This document shows, in pieces, positions 25,090 through 38,204 of a DNA stretch of 64,000 nt. The notes beneath the pieces are model-generated. The model was not told the DNA's origin. It worked only from the letters and a program-made list of their open reading frames with translations, and made no database searches. Position 1 is the stretch's first letter; each line of letters starts with the position of its first letter. Location: NCBI RefSeq assembly GCF_004010195.1, contig NC_057728.1, positions 44,852,286 through 44,916,285 on the forward strand. The letters are read 5' to 3'. Source of the stretch: Chiloscyllium plagiosum. Lineage: Eukaryota. The position numbers and the translations under genes were made by a program.

Positions 25090-27260
25090 TTTGGATTGCC
25101 TCTTGAACAATTTGAGCTGATTTGCCTGCATCCAGCTGTAATTTGTAGACTGAAGAACTCAATGTAATTCAGTGATCCGGTGTGGCCCATAGGGTTGGAA
25201 CAATCTATGCATCACTGTGTCTTCTACGTTATAGTTTGCATGGTTCATGTCTTTAATCCACAGGAACTTATGTGTTTGTCTTGCCTTCTCCAATCTATGT
25301 GCTGCCACAATACTGGCTGCTTTTATGGTCTCCAGCAATTATTTTACATATTTTTCTCTGGCTAGTGTCTCGATCTCGGGGTCGCTTATGTCCAATCTGA
25401 TTAAACTTTTGATCCCTCTCATTTCCCTTCTGGTCATCAACAGGTTGGATGTGAAACCCGTTGCTCGGGTTACAGTGTTGTGAATCACCATTAGGGCTAT
25501 TGGTAGAATTTGATTCTATTGTTATGCAGCTGTACCAGTTTCCTTACGGTGTCTTTGAGTGTCTGATTGGTATGTTCCACCATCCCACTGGACTGGTAGG
25601 CAATGTGAAATTTCTACTGTACACCCAGCAATATCACCACATCCTACATTACCATGCCATAAAATGACTTCCTCTATCTGAATGTAGTGAATGGGCTAGT
25701 CCCCACTGGGTGAATATTTGTTTGATTAGGATCTCCTGTTATCATGGGAATGTCTCCACCATTTAGTAAAGACATCTACCATGACCAGGATGTATTTGAG
25801 TACTCCTTTAGGGGATGGGGGATGGGGTCCAATCTAGTGTATCTGTAGATTAGCCCAGGGTTCCTCTTCCAGATGTGTATGGCCTAACACTGCCTTACTA
25901 TGTTGTGGGCCTGGATTGTTTTGGGCACTTTGCTACCTTTTCCCAGCCTGACCACCGCATCCAGGTCCTGAACCTTCCCTTAACTTGTATTATCCCGGCT
26001 GGCTGTCTAAATCATGACATGCCTGCCAGCACATATTTTTGTCTTTTAGAATTACCTCTTGTTTTACCCAGATCCTGGCCTTCCACTTTTCCCACCCTGG
26101 GGGGGGTTCAATGGCCATTTATTATTTCCTTTAATTTGGGATCCTTATTCTGTGATGCTCCTAAATCTTCCATAGCCTTAGCAGGATTAACCTTGACTAT
26201 CTCTTCTGTCTGTCCTGTCACTTTATGCCATGCCATCCCAGTACACATTCCTTTCCTAGTCAGTTCACCTGCTCTTCTATTTCCAGGTGGTATGTCCTTA
26301 CAGTGGGTTTTAACTTTCGTTATAATGTATTTGTTACCTATGGCTGTTTTGACTATACAGCACAACAGTGGAGTGAAGTGGAGGGGTTTGCCATTGACTG
26401 ATGTTACTCCCTGTGCTTCCTAGATGGGAAGGAATCCCGCGAAGCTGTTGTAGACATGCATGCTGTCTGAACAGATCACTGTCCTTTTCCCAAAAACCTC
26501 TGGTTGTTCTATCACAAAGGCTATGGCTGACAATTCTACTCATTGTGCACCCTTTTTGTGGGGAATTTGACTGGACACTCTCTCACACCTCCAATGAGGA
26601 TCCTGCATATGAACTCCAAGCCCTGTATATCATTGGCCCTCTATTACAAAAAAAAAACAATAAAATTTTTTGGAATTTCCTGGTCAACCTTATCAATATC
26701 ACATCCCCTTTCAATTTCAGTTTGAAATGACCCGTTAGGATTCTTGGTACCGAAATTAAAAATTCATGAGGCTGGCCGTCATATAGCAGGTTAGCAGCTA
26801 AACGTGGGTTGTTTTGGAGATGAACAGTGATGAGTCTCCTTCCCTGCAAGAGGTTGGTCCAGGTGGCAATCGATTTTGACAGACACTGCCGGCTATCAAG
26901 GAGTGGTATGTGTTTGGTGAAAAGGTACAATGGACCCGAGCCCACTATGTACGTAAAATGTTGGACTGCCGAGAAAAAGGCCAACAAATACCTTTCACAT
27001 TGTGCATAAGGCTGATCCACCAGAGAGTGTAACCACGAGGCATAGGCCACTGGACCCAGCTGTTGGTGTTTCTCCTGTAATACGACGGTGGATAGTGAGA
27101 GGTCTGATGATGCCACCTTTAGGGAGAAGGACATGGCTGGGTTGACAGTCTGTAAGGTAGTGGGTGACGCTAAGGCTGTCTTGAGATAGGTGAACGTGGC
27201 AATGTGCTCATCGTTTTTGAGGAGTTGGCATTGAGGAGTGGCTAAGGCTGCAAAGTTGTC
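25090..27260 (-). pseudogene. pol: Decayed retroviral-type pol: RT thumb, tether (RNase H-like), RNase H, integrase
   Basis: DNFAALATPQCQLLK..EH..F..LKTAL; GPVAYAS...YAQCERYLLA; GAQ*VELSA...ICSDS...GKPL...KVKTH...GNRRAGEL; PWANLQIH*IGP...KYILVMVDVFTKW; HSDRGSHF; QSSGMVEHTNQTLK; YGPH; WMQANQLK; many stops and frameshifts. Confidence 0.9.
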
Positions 27261-27613
27261 TCACGGATTATCCAGTTGTATTTTTTTCAATAACGTATTT
27301 CTATAATGAAGGTTGAGAAATGGTTCCATTCAATTTTGATGTGTTTCCTGCGTTGATGACATCTTCTTGTACAGAATAATTCAGCGTAGTGCATATCATT
27401 ACTGCATAATAAGTTTCACAGTGAAAGATTGTTGATGGTGGTATCATTACTTTAAGTTTATCACAAAATAATTTCCAGCTGTCAAGCAGAAAATACGATT
27501 TTCAGGATGTATAACCATGTTTTACTAAATGGGTGCAAATAATTTGATCTCAGTGAGTTGCCAGTTGATGGTCTGATTCTACCAAATGCTTAAAGTGATA
27601 AAGTGAATTACTC

Positions 27614-27743
27614 ATGGGTTACAGGACATCATATTGTTGTGAGTGCATTACTGATTGGGTTTCAATACACACAAGTGATGGGTTACAGAACATCATGTTG
27701 TTGCGAGTGCATTACTGATTGGGTTTCAACACACGCAAGTGAT
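27614..27743. repeat. Tandem duplication of a 64-bp unit
   Basis: atgggttacag(g/a)acatcat...caagtg occurs twice with period 64. Confidence 0.95.
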
Positions 27744-28064
27744 TTTCATGACTTTGGTAATATCTGTTGCCACGGCAATAATGCCTACAGGATTGGAATA
27801 GGTAGCAGAAAAGTTGAAACAGGAATCTTCTTTGAGAATGTGTATTATCATGATATAACTAAGCTCTGCTCTGTAGTCTCACACATTTCTTAAAATTCCA
27901 TGAAGATTTAATGAAGTACTTAAGGTGGAAGAATGAATTGCTCAAGGGTGCAATGTATTCCTGAAGCAACAAATGGTGTTGTCTAGCTGTAAAAGGGTTG
28001 TTGCAAATGTAGTTTTGAAATTTTGAATGATAACTTTTCAAGTATAGCCATGTGGTTCCTACAC

Positions 28065-28265
28065 AACAATAAAGAAAGAAGGAGAGGTTTGCATTTATAC
28101 AGCACCTTTCATGACAATTGACTGTTCCAAAGCACTTTACATCAAACTTTAAGCGTAACCATGGTTACAGGAAATGAAGCAGTTAAGTTGCATTTGGCAA
28201 GTTCCCAATATTGCAACAATGACTTATATCAATTTCTGTGATGTTAATGGAGGGACAAAATATGG
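28065..28265 (-). mobile_element. Deu-domain SINE (SacSINE1-like) 3' part; 5' part at ~30040-30205
   Basis: ttgcatttatacagcacctttca...ccaaagcactttaca tail typical of DeuSINEs; tRNA-like head remnant after the nested inserts. Confidence 0.55.
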
Positions 28266-29245
28266 CAGCATGGGATTGAGGGTGATTTAGTGGTTTGGAT
28301 CAGAAATTGGCTCGTTGAAAGAAGGCAAAGGGTGGTGGTTGATGGGAGATATTCATCTTGGAGTTCAGTTACTGGTGGTATTCTGCAAGAATCTGTTATT
28401 GGGTCCACTGTTGTTTATCATTTATATAAATACCTGGATGAGGACACAGAAGGATGGGTTAGTAAATTTGCGGATGACCCTAAGGTAAGTAAAGATGTGC
28501 ATAGTGACGAAGGATGTTGTAGTTACAGAGAGACATGGATAAGTTGCAGAGCTGGGCTGAGAGGTGGCAAACGGAGTTTAAAGTGGAAAAGTGTGAGGTG
28601 ATTCACTTTGGAAGGACTAACAGGAATGCAGATTACTGGGCTAATGGTAAGATTGTTGGTGGTATAGATGAGCAGAGAGATCTCGTTGTCTAGGTACATA
28701 AATCCCTGAAAGTTGCCACCCAGGTTGGTTGGGTTGTTAAGCAGGCATACAGTGTTTTAGCTTTTATTGGTTCGAGGAATTGAGTTCCGGAACCATGAAA
28801 TCATGCTGTAGCTGTACAAAACTCTGGTGCGGCCACATTTGGAGTTCTGGTCACTGCCTTATAGGAAGGATGTGGAAGCTTTGGAAAGGGTTCAGACAAG
28901 ATTTACTAGGATGTTGCATGGTCTGGAGAGAAGGTCTTACGAGCAAAGGCTAAGGGACTTGAGGCTGTTTTTGTCAGAGAGAAGAAGGTTGAGAGGTGAC
29001 TTAATAGAGACATATAAAATAATCAGAGGTTAGATAGGCTGGACAATGAGAGCCTTTTACCTCGGATGGCGATGGCTAGCATGAGGGGGCATAACTTTAA
29101 ATTGAAGATATAGGAGAGATGTCAGAGATAGTTTCTTTACTCAGAGATTACTAGGGGTATGGAAAACACTGCCTGCACCATTAGAAGACTCATCAACTTT
29201 AAGGGCATTGAAATGGTCACTGGATTGGCATATGGATGAAAATGG
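28266..29245 (+). mobile_element. CR1 LINE ORF2 3' half
   Basis: WIRNWLVERRQRVVVDG...SKFADD...RPHLEFWSLPYRKDVEALERVQ. Confidence 0.92.
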
Positions 29246-29856
29246 GTAAAAACAATGACTGCAGATGCTGGAAACCAGATTTTGGATTAGTGGTGCTGGA
29301 AGAGCATAACAGTTCAGGCAGCATCCGAGGAGCAGGAAAATCGACGCTTCGGGCAAAAGCCCTTCATCAAGAATAAAGGCAGAGAGCCTGAAGCGTAGAG
29401 AGATAAGCTAGAGGAGGGTGGGGGTGGGGAGAAAGTAGCATGGAGTACAATAGGTGAGTGGGGGAGGGGATGAAGGTGATAGGCCAGGGAGGAGGGTGGA
29501 GTGGGGGGATAGGTGGAAAAGAAGATAGGCAGGTAGGACAAGTCATCAGGACAGTGCTGAGCTGGAAGTTTGGAACTAGGGTGAGGTGGGCGAAGGGGAA
29601 ATCAGGAGACTGTTGAAGTCCACATTGATGCCCTGGGGTTGAAGTGTTCCGAGGCGGAAGATGAGGTGTTCTTCCTCCAGGCATCTGGTGGTGAGGGAGC
29701 GGTGGTGAAGGAGGCCCAGGACCTCCATATCCTCAGCAGAGTGGGGGGAGTTGAAATGTTGGGCCACGGGGCGGTGTGGTTGATTGGTGCAGGTGTCCCG
29801 GAGATGTTCCCTAAAGCACTCTGCTAGGAGGTGTCCAGTCTCCCCAATGTAGAGGA
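29246..29856 (-). mobile_element. Penelope-like element 3' part
   Basis: LYIGETGHLLAECFREHL...PVAQHFNS...LEEEHLIFRLGTLQPQGINVDF; tail with a mutated hammerhead core. Confidence 0.9.
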
Positions 29857-29965
29857 TGCAGACACAGGGAGAATGTGCAAACTCCACACAGACAGTCACC
29901 CAAGGCTGGAATTGAACCTTGGACCCTGGTGCTGTGAGGCAGCAGTGCTAACCACCGTGCCGCCC
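29857..29965 (-). mobile_element. HE1-type SINE 5' part
   Basis: Reverse complement of the gggcggcacggtggttagcactgctgcctcacagc head. Confidence 0.88.
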
Positions 29966-30349
29966 TAATGATGTTTAACTGTGTAAAAAAAAAATTAATG
30001 TGTGTAAAGATTGGTTTTTGTTCTATCATTTACCAACTGGCTTTTTGGAATAGAATGCCTTTAGAAGTGTAGCAGTTACTCAATATTGCACTGAATACTG
30101 CACAGAAGTGTTATCCTCAGCAGCTATGTTGAACACCTGCAGGGGACCTTGAATCCATCACTTTCTGACTAAGAAGTGAGAGTGTGATCAATTGAACCAC
30201 AGCTATCCTTATATAAGCATTTCTTTAAAAAAAATGTTTTTCTCCACTAGTAACTATTCTAACATTTCTAGTTGGTGCCTCACATTGTACTTTCTATAAA
30301 CCTGAGGTTAAACAAACCTCTACTAATGATGTGCTAATTTGCACAAACT

Positions 30350-30720
30350 TCTAATTCCAATCACGTTGATTTACATTGGACCCCAGTTCAGCAAAGCCCT
30401 GATATTAAAGTTATCATCCTTGTTTTCCAATCCCTCCATAGCCTCCCACTCCCTATTTCTGTAATCTCCTTCAGGCCTAGAATCCTCCAAATTGTCTCTT
30501 GTAGCCTCATGAGTATCGCCAATTTTTAATTATTACGGCAATGCTGGTGGAATTTCCTCCCTTAACTTTTCTGTGTCACTTGCCTTCTTTTGGATGCCCC
30601 ATTGGATCCAGCTCTTTGACCAGGCTTTTGGTCACCTGCCCGAACATCACCTTATACTCAGTGACAAATGTTGGACAACGTACCTGTTAAGCATCTTACA
30701 ACTTATAAGGCATTACATTA
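30350..30720 (+). mobile_element. L2 LINE 3' end remnant
   Basis: DLHWTPVQQ..DIKVIILVFQSLHSL-type L2 C-terminal motif. Confidence 0.6.
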
Positions 30721-30729
30721 ATATAATCT

Positions 30730-33700
30730 GATGGAACAGATGGCCGACGAGTGGAATGGAGACAAGCTCCCACTGCCTAAACAGTGCTCCTCATGGCATG
30801 CCTCTGACAACAAAGTCCAACTCCTGGCCTTCTCGTGTGGCTTAGCCTCTAAACCTGGTGGAATTGTTTCTACTGACAGGAGAAGGGGTGAAGGCAAGTC
30901 TTGGCCCCTTAAAACCAGTGCTTCAGGTAGATGAAACTCATCAGCATAGCAAGGCAGTCCATCTAAGAAAGGGAGAACTCTGATTTCAAAACTCTACTGC
31001 CTTGCGGCCATACCCACTCACGGGAAAGGATTCGGGAGTAAACCCTGAGGACAAATCCGGAGCTGGAGTCCCTGAGGCAGTCCGCCATTGTCTTCAACCT
31101 CATTCTGGCAACTCCTGTGACGACACTGGTGCCAAGCTGCCCTTGCCTTTCCCTTGGACAACATCGGTGGTGTGGAGAGGGGAGACCTGCTGAATGGGCA
31201 ACTGCCGGTCTTCCATACAACTTTGCCCAGGCCTGTGCCCTGCACCCATCATCGCCTCACCGTGACAGCACAGCACAGAAAGCAGCAATCTATAGGTTAT
31301 AAGCCTGTGCTCGTTAGGCATACAGCAAGGTGCCAGAGGTTGCTTTTGACAGAGGCAGAGGCCATTACGCCTCACTGGACAGCTACCACCTAATTGGCAG
31401 CATTCAGCCAATTAGGTGCTATCCTGCCACAGTCTGCCTGCTTCACTGGGTACGTGGTTTAGGGATACAAGTAGCCTGAACTGCGGCCTGTAAACACTGC
31501 ACCAAGCACAACAAGAAGACAAAGAAAGATGCTGGAATATACGGACCATGACCACTGGTATATCAGATGACCTTTGGGAGATCAGCAACACACGCAAGTC
31601 AGCAGTGATTAATAACGAACTGCTGAGACTCCAAGTGGACATCACAACACTCCAAGAGACACGCCTCAGAGAATCGGGAACCTTACGTGAGAGAGACGAT
31701 ATTTTCTTCTGTCAGGGGAAGGGCTCAGACAAGACCAGAGAGCAGGTGTCAGCTTTGCCATGAAAAACCCACAGCTGAAGATGGTAGAGCCCAGCGAGAA
31801 CGGGGGAGAGCTGATTTTCTCACTTCGACTCCATAGATCCGACGGGCCGATCAAACTTGTCAGTGTCTGTACCCCAACCCTATACTCTACACAAGACACA
31901 AAGGACAAGTTCTATGATCAGCTTTCAATGATAATACAGGAGATCCCAAGTCAGGAACAGTTGCTGCTACTTGGCGACTGTAGCAGCAACACGTGCCTGG
32001 CCAAGCTGCCTGGGCAGTATGGGATTGGCAGTATGAATGACAACAGGCAATGACAGCTCGAGCTTTGCATGCTCCATAAATTGTATGTCACCAACACCTA
32101 CCTCCAGACCAAAGCTCAGCACAAAGTCTCTTGGCGACATCCCCACATGAAACACTGGCACCAGATGGACCTGATAATCACCAGATGCTGCCACCTGAGA
32201 AACGTACTCATGACCTGCTCCTTTCAGAGTGCCAACTGCGACATGGATCACTCTCTGGTTTGCTGCAAGATCAGATTTTGGCCAAAGAAGATGCATGAAG
32301 CCAAGCCTCCAGGCAAGCCAGTAAGACCCAATGCCCAGACAAAGCAGCGGAGTACATCAAGTCAGTGGAAGATGTGTTCCTTGCAAACCCACCAGAAGGA
32401 GATGTTCAGCAGAGATGGTACTCTCTCAAGGACATTATCCACAGCACTACATTAAAGGCCTTCAGGCAGAAAGAGGACAAGACACAGGACTGGGTTGAAG
32501 CGAGCTCATGTAAGCTCACCATTGTCATCAAGGCAAAGCATGTTGCAATATTAGAGCACAAACATCAACCCACTCAGGCAACACTGCAAGAGCTAAGGAC
32601 AGCAAGTGGCAAGGCCTAGAAAACAGCCAGATGCTGTGCAAATGATTACTGGCTACAACTATGTCAAAGCATTCAGTTATCATTTGACACAGGTGACAGC
32701 CGTGGAGGGAATGAGGGGATCAAGAAAACCATTGGTCCAACCAAGAGCAAGACAGCCCCACTGAAAACCATAACACGCGGGCCATCAAAGACAAAGACAA
32801 AGGCAAGCAGATGGAGAGATGCGTGGAGCATTACTCTGAACTTAACTCCAGAGAAAACAGCATCTTGGACCGGGCGCTCGACGCCGTGGAACACGTGCCT
32901 ATCATGGAGGAACTGCATGCATTGTCGACCCCCGAAGAACTGACGAAAGTATTTCAATAGCCTGCCCAGTGGGAAGGCACCAGGATTGGGTGGCGTTCTA
33001 CCAGAGGCCAGCAAGTGCACAAAGGGTATCCTGCTAAACCACCTGCATGAACTACTGCACCAGTGCTGGAAAGAGGGAGCAGTGCCACAAGACATGAGAG
33101 ACTGAAACAGTGTCACCCGATACAAGAACAAAGGGGACAGAAGCAACTGTAACAACTACAGGGGAATCTCTTTGCTGAGTACCATTGGTAAGGTCTTTGC
33201 CTACCTGGTCCTGAACAGACTGCAGAAAATCGCTGAAAAGGTATATCCCGAGTCTCATTGCGGTTTCAGGTCAGAACTTCTCCCTTCGACAAGAGAAATT
33301 CAGAGAGCAAAGGCAACCACTCTATGTTGCCTTCATTGACCTTACGAAGGCTTTCGATCTTGTGAGCAGAGACAGCCTTTTCAAAATCCTTGCCAGGATT
33401 GGTTATCCTCCGAGGCTCCTCAAGATAGTTCAGTCATTCCACACAGACAAGAAGGGCATCATTCAGTTTGACAGCTCTTCCTTGGAGGCCTTTAACATTC
33501 GCAGTGATGTGAAGCAGGCTGTGTGCTTGCCCTCACCTTGTTTGGCATCTTCTTCGCAGTCATGCTGAAGCACGCCTTTGGAACATCCACAGATGGTGAC
33601 TACCTCCACACCAGATAGGATGGGAGGCTGTTCAGTCTGTCCCAGCTGAGGGTGAAAACCAAGGTTGATGAAATATTCATCAGGGACATGTTGTTTGAGA

Positions 33701-34722
33701 TGACACGGCACTGGCAACACATTCGGAAGAGCAACTCCAAAGCTTCGTGGAAAGCTTCACAAGAGCCTGCCAGGACTTCAGCTTGATCATCAGCCTGAGG
33801 AAGACCAACGTGTCGGGTCAAGATATTGAGCACCATTCCCCCCATCAACCACCACCAACCACCATCCCACACCACCACCACCACCACACACCCCCCCAGC
33901 CCAGCAATTACCATCAACAACTATGAGCTGGAGGTCATCTCAGTGTTTACATACCATGGCTCCGCCATCATGGACCGTCTCACCCTCAACTCTGAGATCA
34001 ACAGTCTAACAAAGCGAGTCTGGGAGAACAGAAAGCTGAAGACACACACCATGGCTGGAGTCAACAGGGCCTGCACCCTCAGCACGCTGCTTTACGGAAG
34101 CGAGACCTAGAGCCTCTACTCTAGACAAGAGCGGCATCTGAATGCCTTCAACTTTCACAGCCTGAGACGCATCCTGGACATTCGGTGAATTGCCCAAGTC
34201 ACCAACAATGAGGTCCTGGCCCGTGCCCAGATACCCAGCCTCTTCACCCTGCTCCAACAACACCGTTTCTGCTGGCTGGGCCACATACACCGCATGTCAG
34301 ACAGGAGAATCCCGAAAGACTTGCTCTATGGAGAACTGGCCTCCAACAAGAGCACAAGGGCAGCTCCATCTTAATTTCAAAGATGTCTGTATGAGAGGCT
34401 TGAAGTCACTGAACATGAACGTCAAGAGGCAGGAGGACATTGCAAGCGATTGCTCTTGCTGGAGGCTGGAATTATGCAGAGGTCTAAAATGAGGAGAAGA
34501 GAAGCTGAGGCTTGTTGCTGAAGAAAAGCGCACCTGCCGATAAAACAGCACCCACACAACACCGGAGGACAGCGCCTTCAAGTGCAGCTGCTGCAGCTGA
34601 GACTGCCACTCCCATGTGGGCCTCTACAGCCACAACAGATGCTGCTCTACCAACAACAATTGAAGCATGACCCCCCCAGGCACAAATCCATGGTCTTGCG
34701 AGACAAATGGATGCCAGAAAAA
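30730..34722 (+). mobile_element. Near-full-length RTE-clade LINE, decayed
   Basis: EN: WNIRTMTTG...ELLRLQVDITTLQETRL, KDKFYDQL, SWRHPHMKHWHQMDLII; RT: NYRGISLLSTIGKVFA...PESHCGFR, FIDLTKAFDLVSR, STLLYGSET, RIPKDLLYGEL; C-terminal CCHC-like finger FKCSCCS*DCHSHVGLYSHNRCC. Confidence 0.92.
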
Positions 34723-34903
34723 AATATCCCTCACTGGCCATCTGTAACTGTGATCCATCACCTTGAAATTTTCAGTTAATCCATTCGCTACATCTTTGAA
34801 AGACAGCTACTCGGAGTTCATTACCTTTATTTATAATAAAGTATTTTGTGATTTGAGACCTAAATGGGCTAGTTCTCATTTTTATAACTTATCTTATTCT
34901 GGC

Positions 34904-35002
34904 AGAAAGCGAGGACAGTAGGTACTGGAGATCAGAGTTGAGAGTGTGGTGCTGGAAAAGCACAGCCAGTCAGGCAGCATCCGAGGAGCAGAAGATGCGA
35001 TG
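34904..35002 (-). mobile_element. Short Penelope-derived tail
   Basis: 13-bp TSD atcttattctggc (34891-34903, 35003-35015); same family as 13650-13775. Confidence 0.8.
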
Positions 35003-38000
35003 ATCTTATTCTGGCTTCAAGTGGAGATGGTTTCCCAACATCTATCCTTTTAAATCCTTTTTGATATTTATAAGTATCTCCAATCACACCATCTCTCAAC
35101 TTTCTAAACTCAATTCATTTTCATCTCCTCCTCTTACATCTTCTAACTTTATTGGTGCCCTTTAACTGCTTACTCTCCACTGCCCTTCTGTCTTTCCTTA
35201 CAAATTGTTACCTCATTTGTTGACCAGATTGTTTTTTAAGTGCACAAATGGAATTTCTTTCCTTTGAGTATTATTCTTAATCCCTTGAATATTTTTCATT
35301 GTTTACGTATAGATTTATCCATTAACAATTTGACCAATTTACAGAGCCCAATTTATTTCCCATTCCTTCAATGCTTTCCTTATTTAGATTTTAAACATTA
35401 ATTAATGACTTCTCCCTCCTGTCTTTCAAAGGTAATATCAAATTCAGCTATGTTTGGAAGAAATTCCCTTGACATCATTTGTGAATGAATTGTGGCATTC
35501 CTTATCAGTGTACATCATCATTGTTTTGCTACCAGCACAAGAAACATCAACTAAACTGAATGTCACAGGATAGTTGGCCCTAAGCTAAGATTCAAACTAC
35601 ATACTCATTGCAATACTCTGGTTGCCTATTTCAATCTTAGTAATATCAATTCTCTGTCCCTATTTCATTCTGAATGCCATGAATTTATGTCTTGTCACCT
35701 TGACGATCATCTTATTTAAAGATTTCCCCACTGACTGTCTGAATCTCATCCTATATAAACTAAAGAAATCACAACTCTGCTCCTACATTTTTGCCTGTGC
35801 TTTTACTAAGTATTTGTTGTGCTCTTTTGGTCCTATGCTACCGTGTTTCAACCTCCAAACTGTCCAATGACCCTTGCTCTTTATCTTTTGCACAGCTTGC
35901 TTCCCACTCAGTATTTGCAAGGTGCCATTTTTTCCAGAGAAGTAATGCATTTCCTTTAGTAATATTGTGTATAGGACTATTACAGAAAATTGAAATTAAA
36001 TGCTATGAAATCACATCACATTATAGTTGAGTAATGAGGCGCCAACTATATTGGTAATCGTATATGTTTTCTTCATCCTCGTAATTTGCTCACTAACATC
36101 ACCTGGAGCCATTCTTTATACAAATAAACAAGGAAAGTATCTGAATTAAAATAAATACTGCAAAGTAAATGTTTTCAGTGAACATTGTAAAAATGAAAAG
36201 AGGTGTTTATGAGACTGCGTCCAAATAGTTCCTGGAGGTGTTCAGAGCTAACCTCTCTTTTCTTTCTCAATCTCTGTGAATAAAAAACACTTCACAAACT
36301 TACACACGAGTAATTGTATTTATGTAATGTGGTTTCTATTTTGACTTTCAATGTCATCTGGCATCATTCAGTATGGAAATGCCAATCTCTTCTTGCATGA
36401 AAGCAATGTTTCCCTGCTGTACTGCAGCAGTTTAAGACACAGCTGTCTAGCAAATGTACCAGCAAACTATTTCCTTGAATGCCTGCTAAATCTCAGCTCT
36501 AGATTTTACTGTACACAATATTAAAGTTGTATTTCTGGAAAACATCAATCATACAGTACAAGTGATAGGGTTTTCAGAGTTTCACTTCACGGGGATTCCT
36601 TTTGTGTTTAATTTTGATGTTCCTTACCCAGTGTCGTTGTTATTCCTATTCCAGGTGGTTCTGATTACTCGGAAAAGCAAGCTTGCGTGCAGAACATGAA
36701 ACAATGAACTATGCACCCAGGTCATTTGGCCACTTTTTCCAGTGGATAAAATATATACTTTCCAAATGTAATTTAATCCTAACAGAATATTTCTTCCTGA
36801 GAACCAACAATAGCCTCTCACGCATGTATAACTGGTTTCAAAGACAAAGCATTACTTCAGCTAGATATGCCATAGAGCTAAATGCAGGACACTGGGCAGT
36901 TTCCCTTGGATACAAGATGAGCAGAGACTGGGGCCGATACATTTTTCATTGTTTAGCACAAGGATGTGCTCAATGACTTTCACATTACATATTCTGGCAC
37001 AATGTCTCTTAAATGTCAACTCAGCTATAGTAATTGAGAAAAACAATCCCAATAACCAAAATATCCTCTGCAGACACCCAGCCTCCAGTCTGTGTCTACT
37101 GCTGTAGTACTGGAAATTGCCATGAGCTGGAATCTGTCAGTCATTAAAATTGAAGAATCTTCTGTGCTATGACAGTCTAAAAATAAAAAAAGGTTCCTTG
37201 CAATCTGCTTTCTGTTTTATTCTGATTCAATTTTTTTCAAAATTAATTGTGCTGCTAAACATTTCTTCAATGAAATGTTTATTTCTGATCTCTGCAAAAA
37301 AAAATCTGCTGTGACTAATTAACTAGATATTCCTTAGATGCACCATTCATCACTTATCTGGCATAGTGGACTGTTATCAAATGCTCTATTTAAAAACGAA
37401 TGGGTCATTACTGTTCAAGAAACATTTGACCAATCACCCTGCAAAATATTAACAAAAATTGATGAGCATTTATCACAAATTTGCACTCTTGGTATAGAGC
37501 TTTGTTCAGAGCATTGGAGCTGATTCATTGATGTGGTACTTCCAATGAGAACTGATATTCTCATGTGGGTTTTAGGGGCACACAGACAAGTTTTGAGATT
37601 TTTGTCAAGATGTTGCCTTTGAGGTCAGCTAGAGTTCCCAACCTTACTGTGTAATGAAGAGCAAGGTTTCCCCTGAATAGCAAGGTATGCCCACCGCTCA
37701 ATTAAGAATAGCCATCAGATTTTGAAGCTGGAGAGGAAATAGAACATCCTGTAGCAAGGAGGGACCTGTCATTTCAGATAAATAAGAGATTGGGAGATAG
37801 GACCCTGCATAACAAAATTTGAAATGTTGACGTGAAAACATCGTCTCCAGGCTCCCAGTGTGGAGTTGGAACCCCTCCACAACTTAGATCAATTAGCTAG
37901 GATAGGGGCTCAAAGACTGGCTATGGTACTGCCTATCCCCTCTCCCACCATCCTGCTTGCCCTGATCTGCCGCTATGAAGCCATCCCTGGACAGTCAGCT

Positions 38001-38204
38001 TGTTGCCAGAGTCATGGGCCATCCACAGGTGAACTGGGAAATTCAAATAGGCCTCTGACAATTGGCTTAAATTGGTTATCCCATACTTTCAGCTTCTTTC
38101 ACCCCACCTCCAAGAAAATGACCCCAGAGTGGGAATGTGCTGGTAAACTGACATACCGGATGGTGGTGAGGACTTATCCCATATGGGAGTGAAACATTTA
38201 CCTC

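Noticed and set aside
25875..26423. 182-aa hydrophobic + strand ORF
   Set aside because: Antisense shadow of the decayed pol; no independent support
36624..36821. Minus-strand exon ending at CTGG|gtaagg
   Set aside because: No convincing acceptor or recognisable peptide
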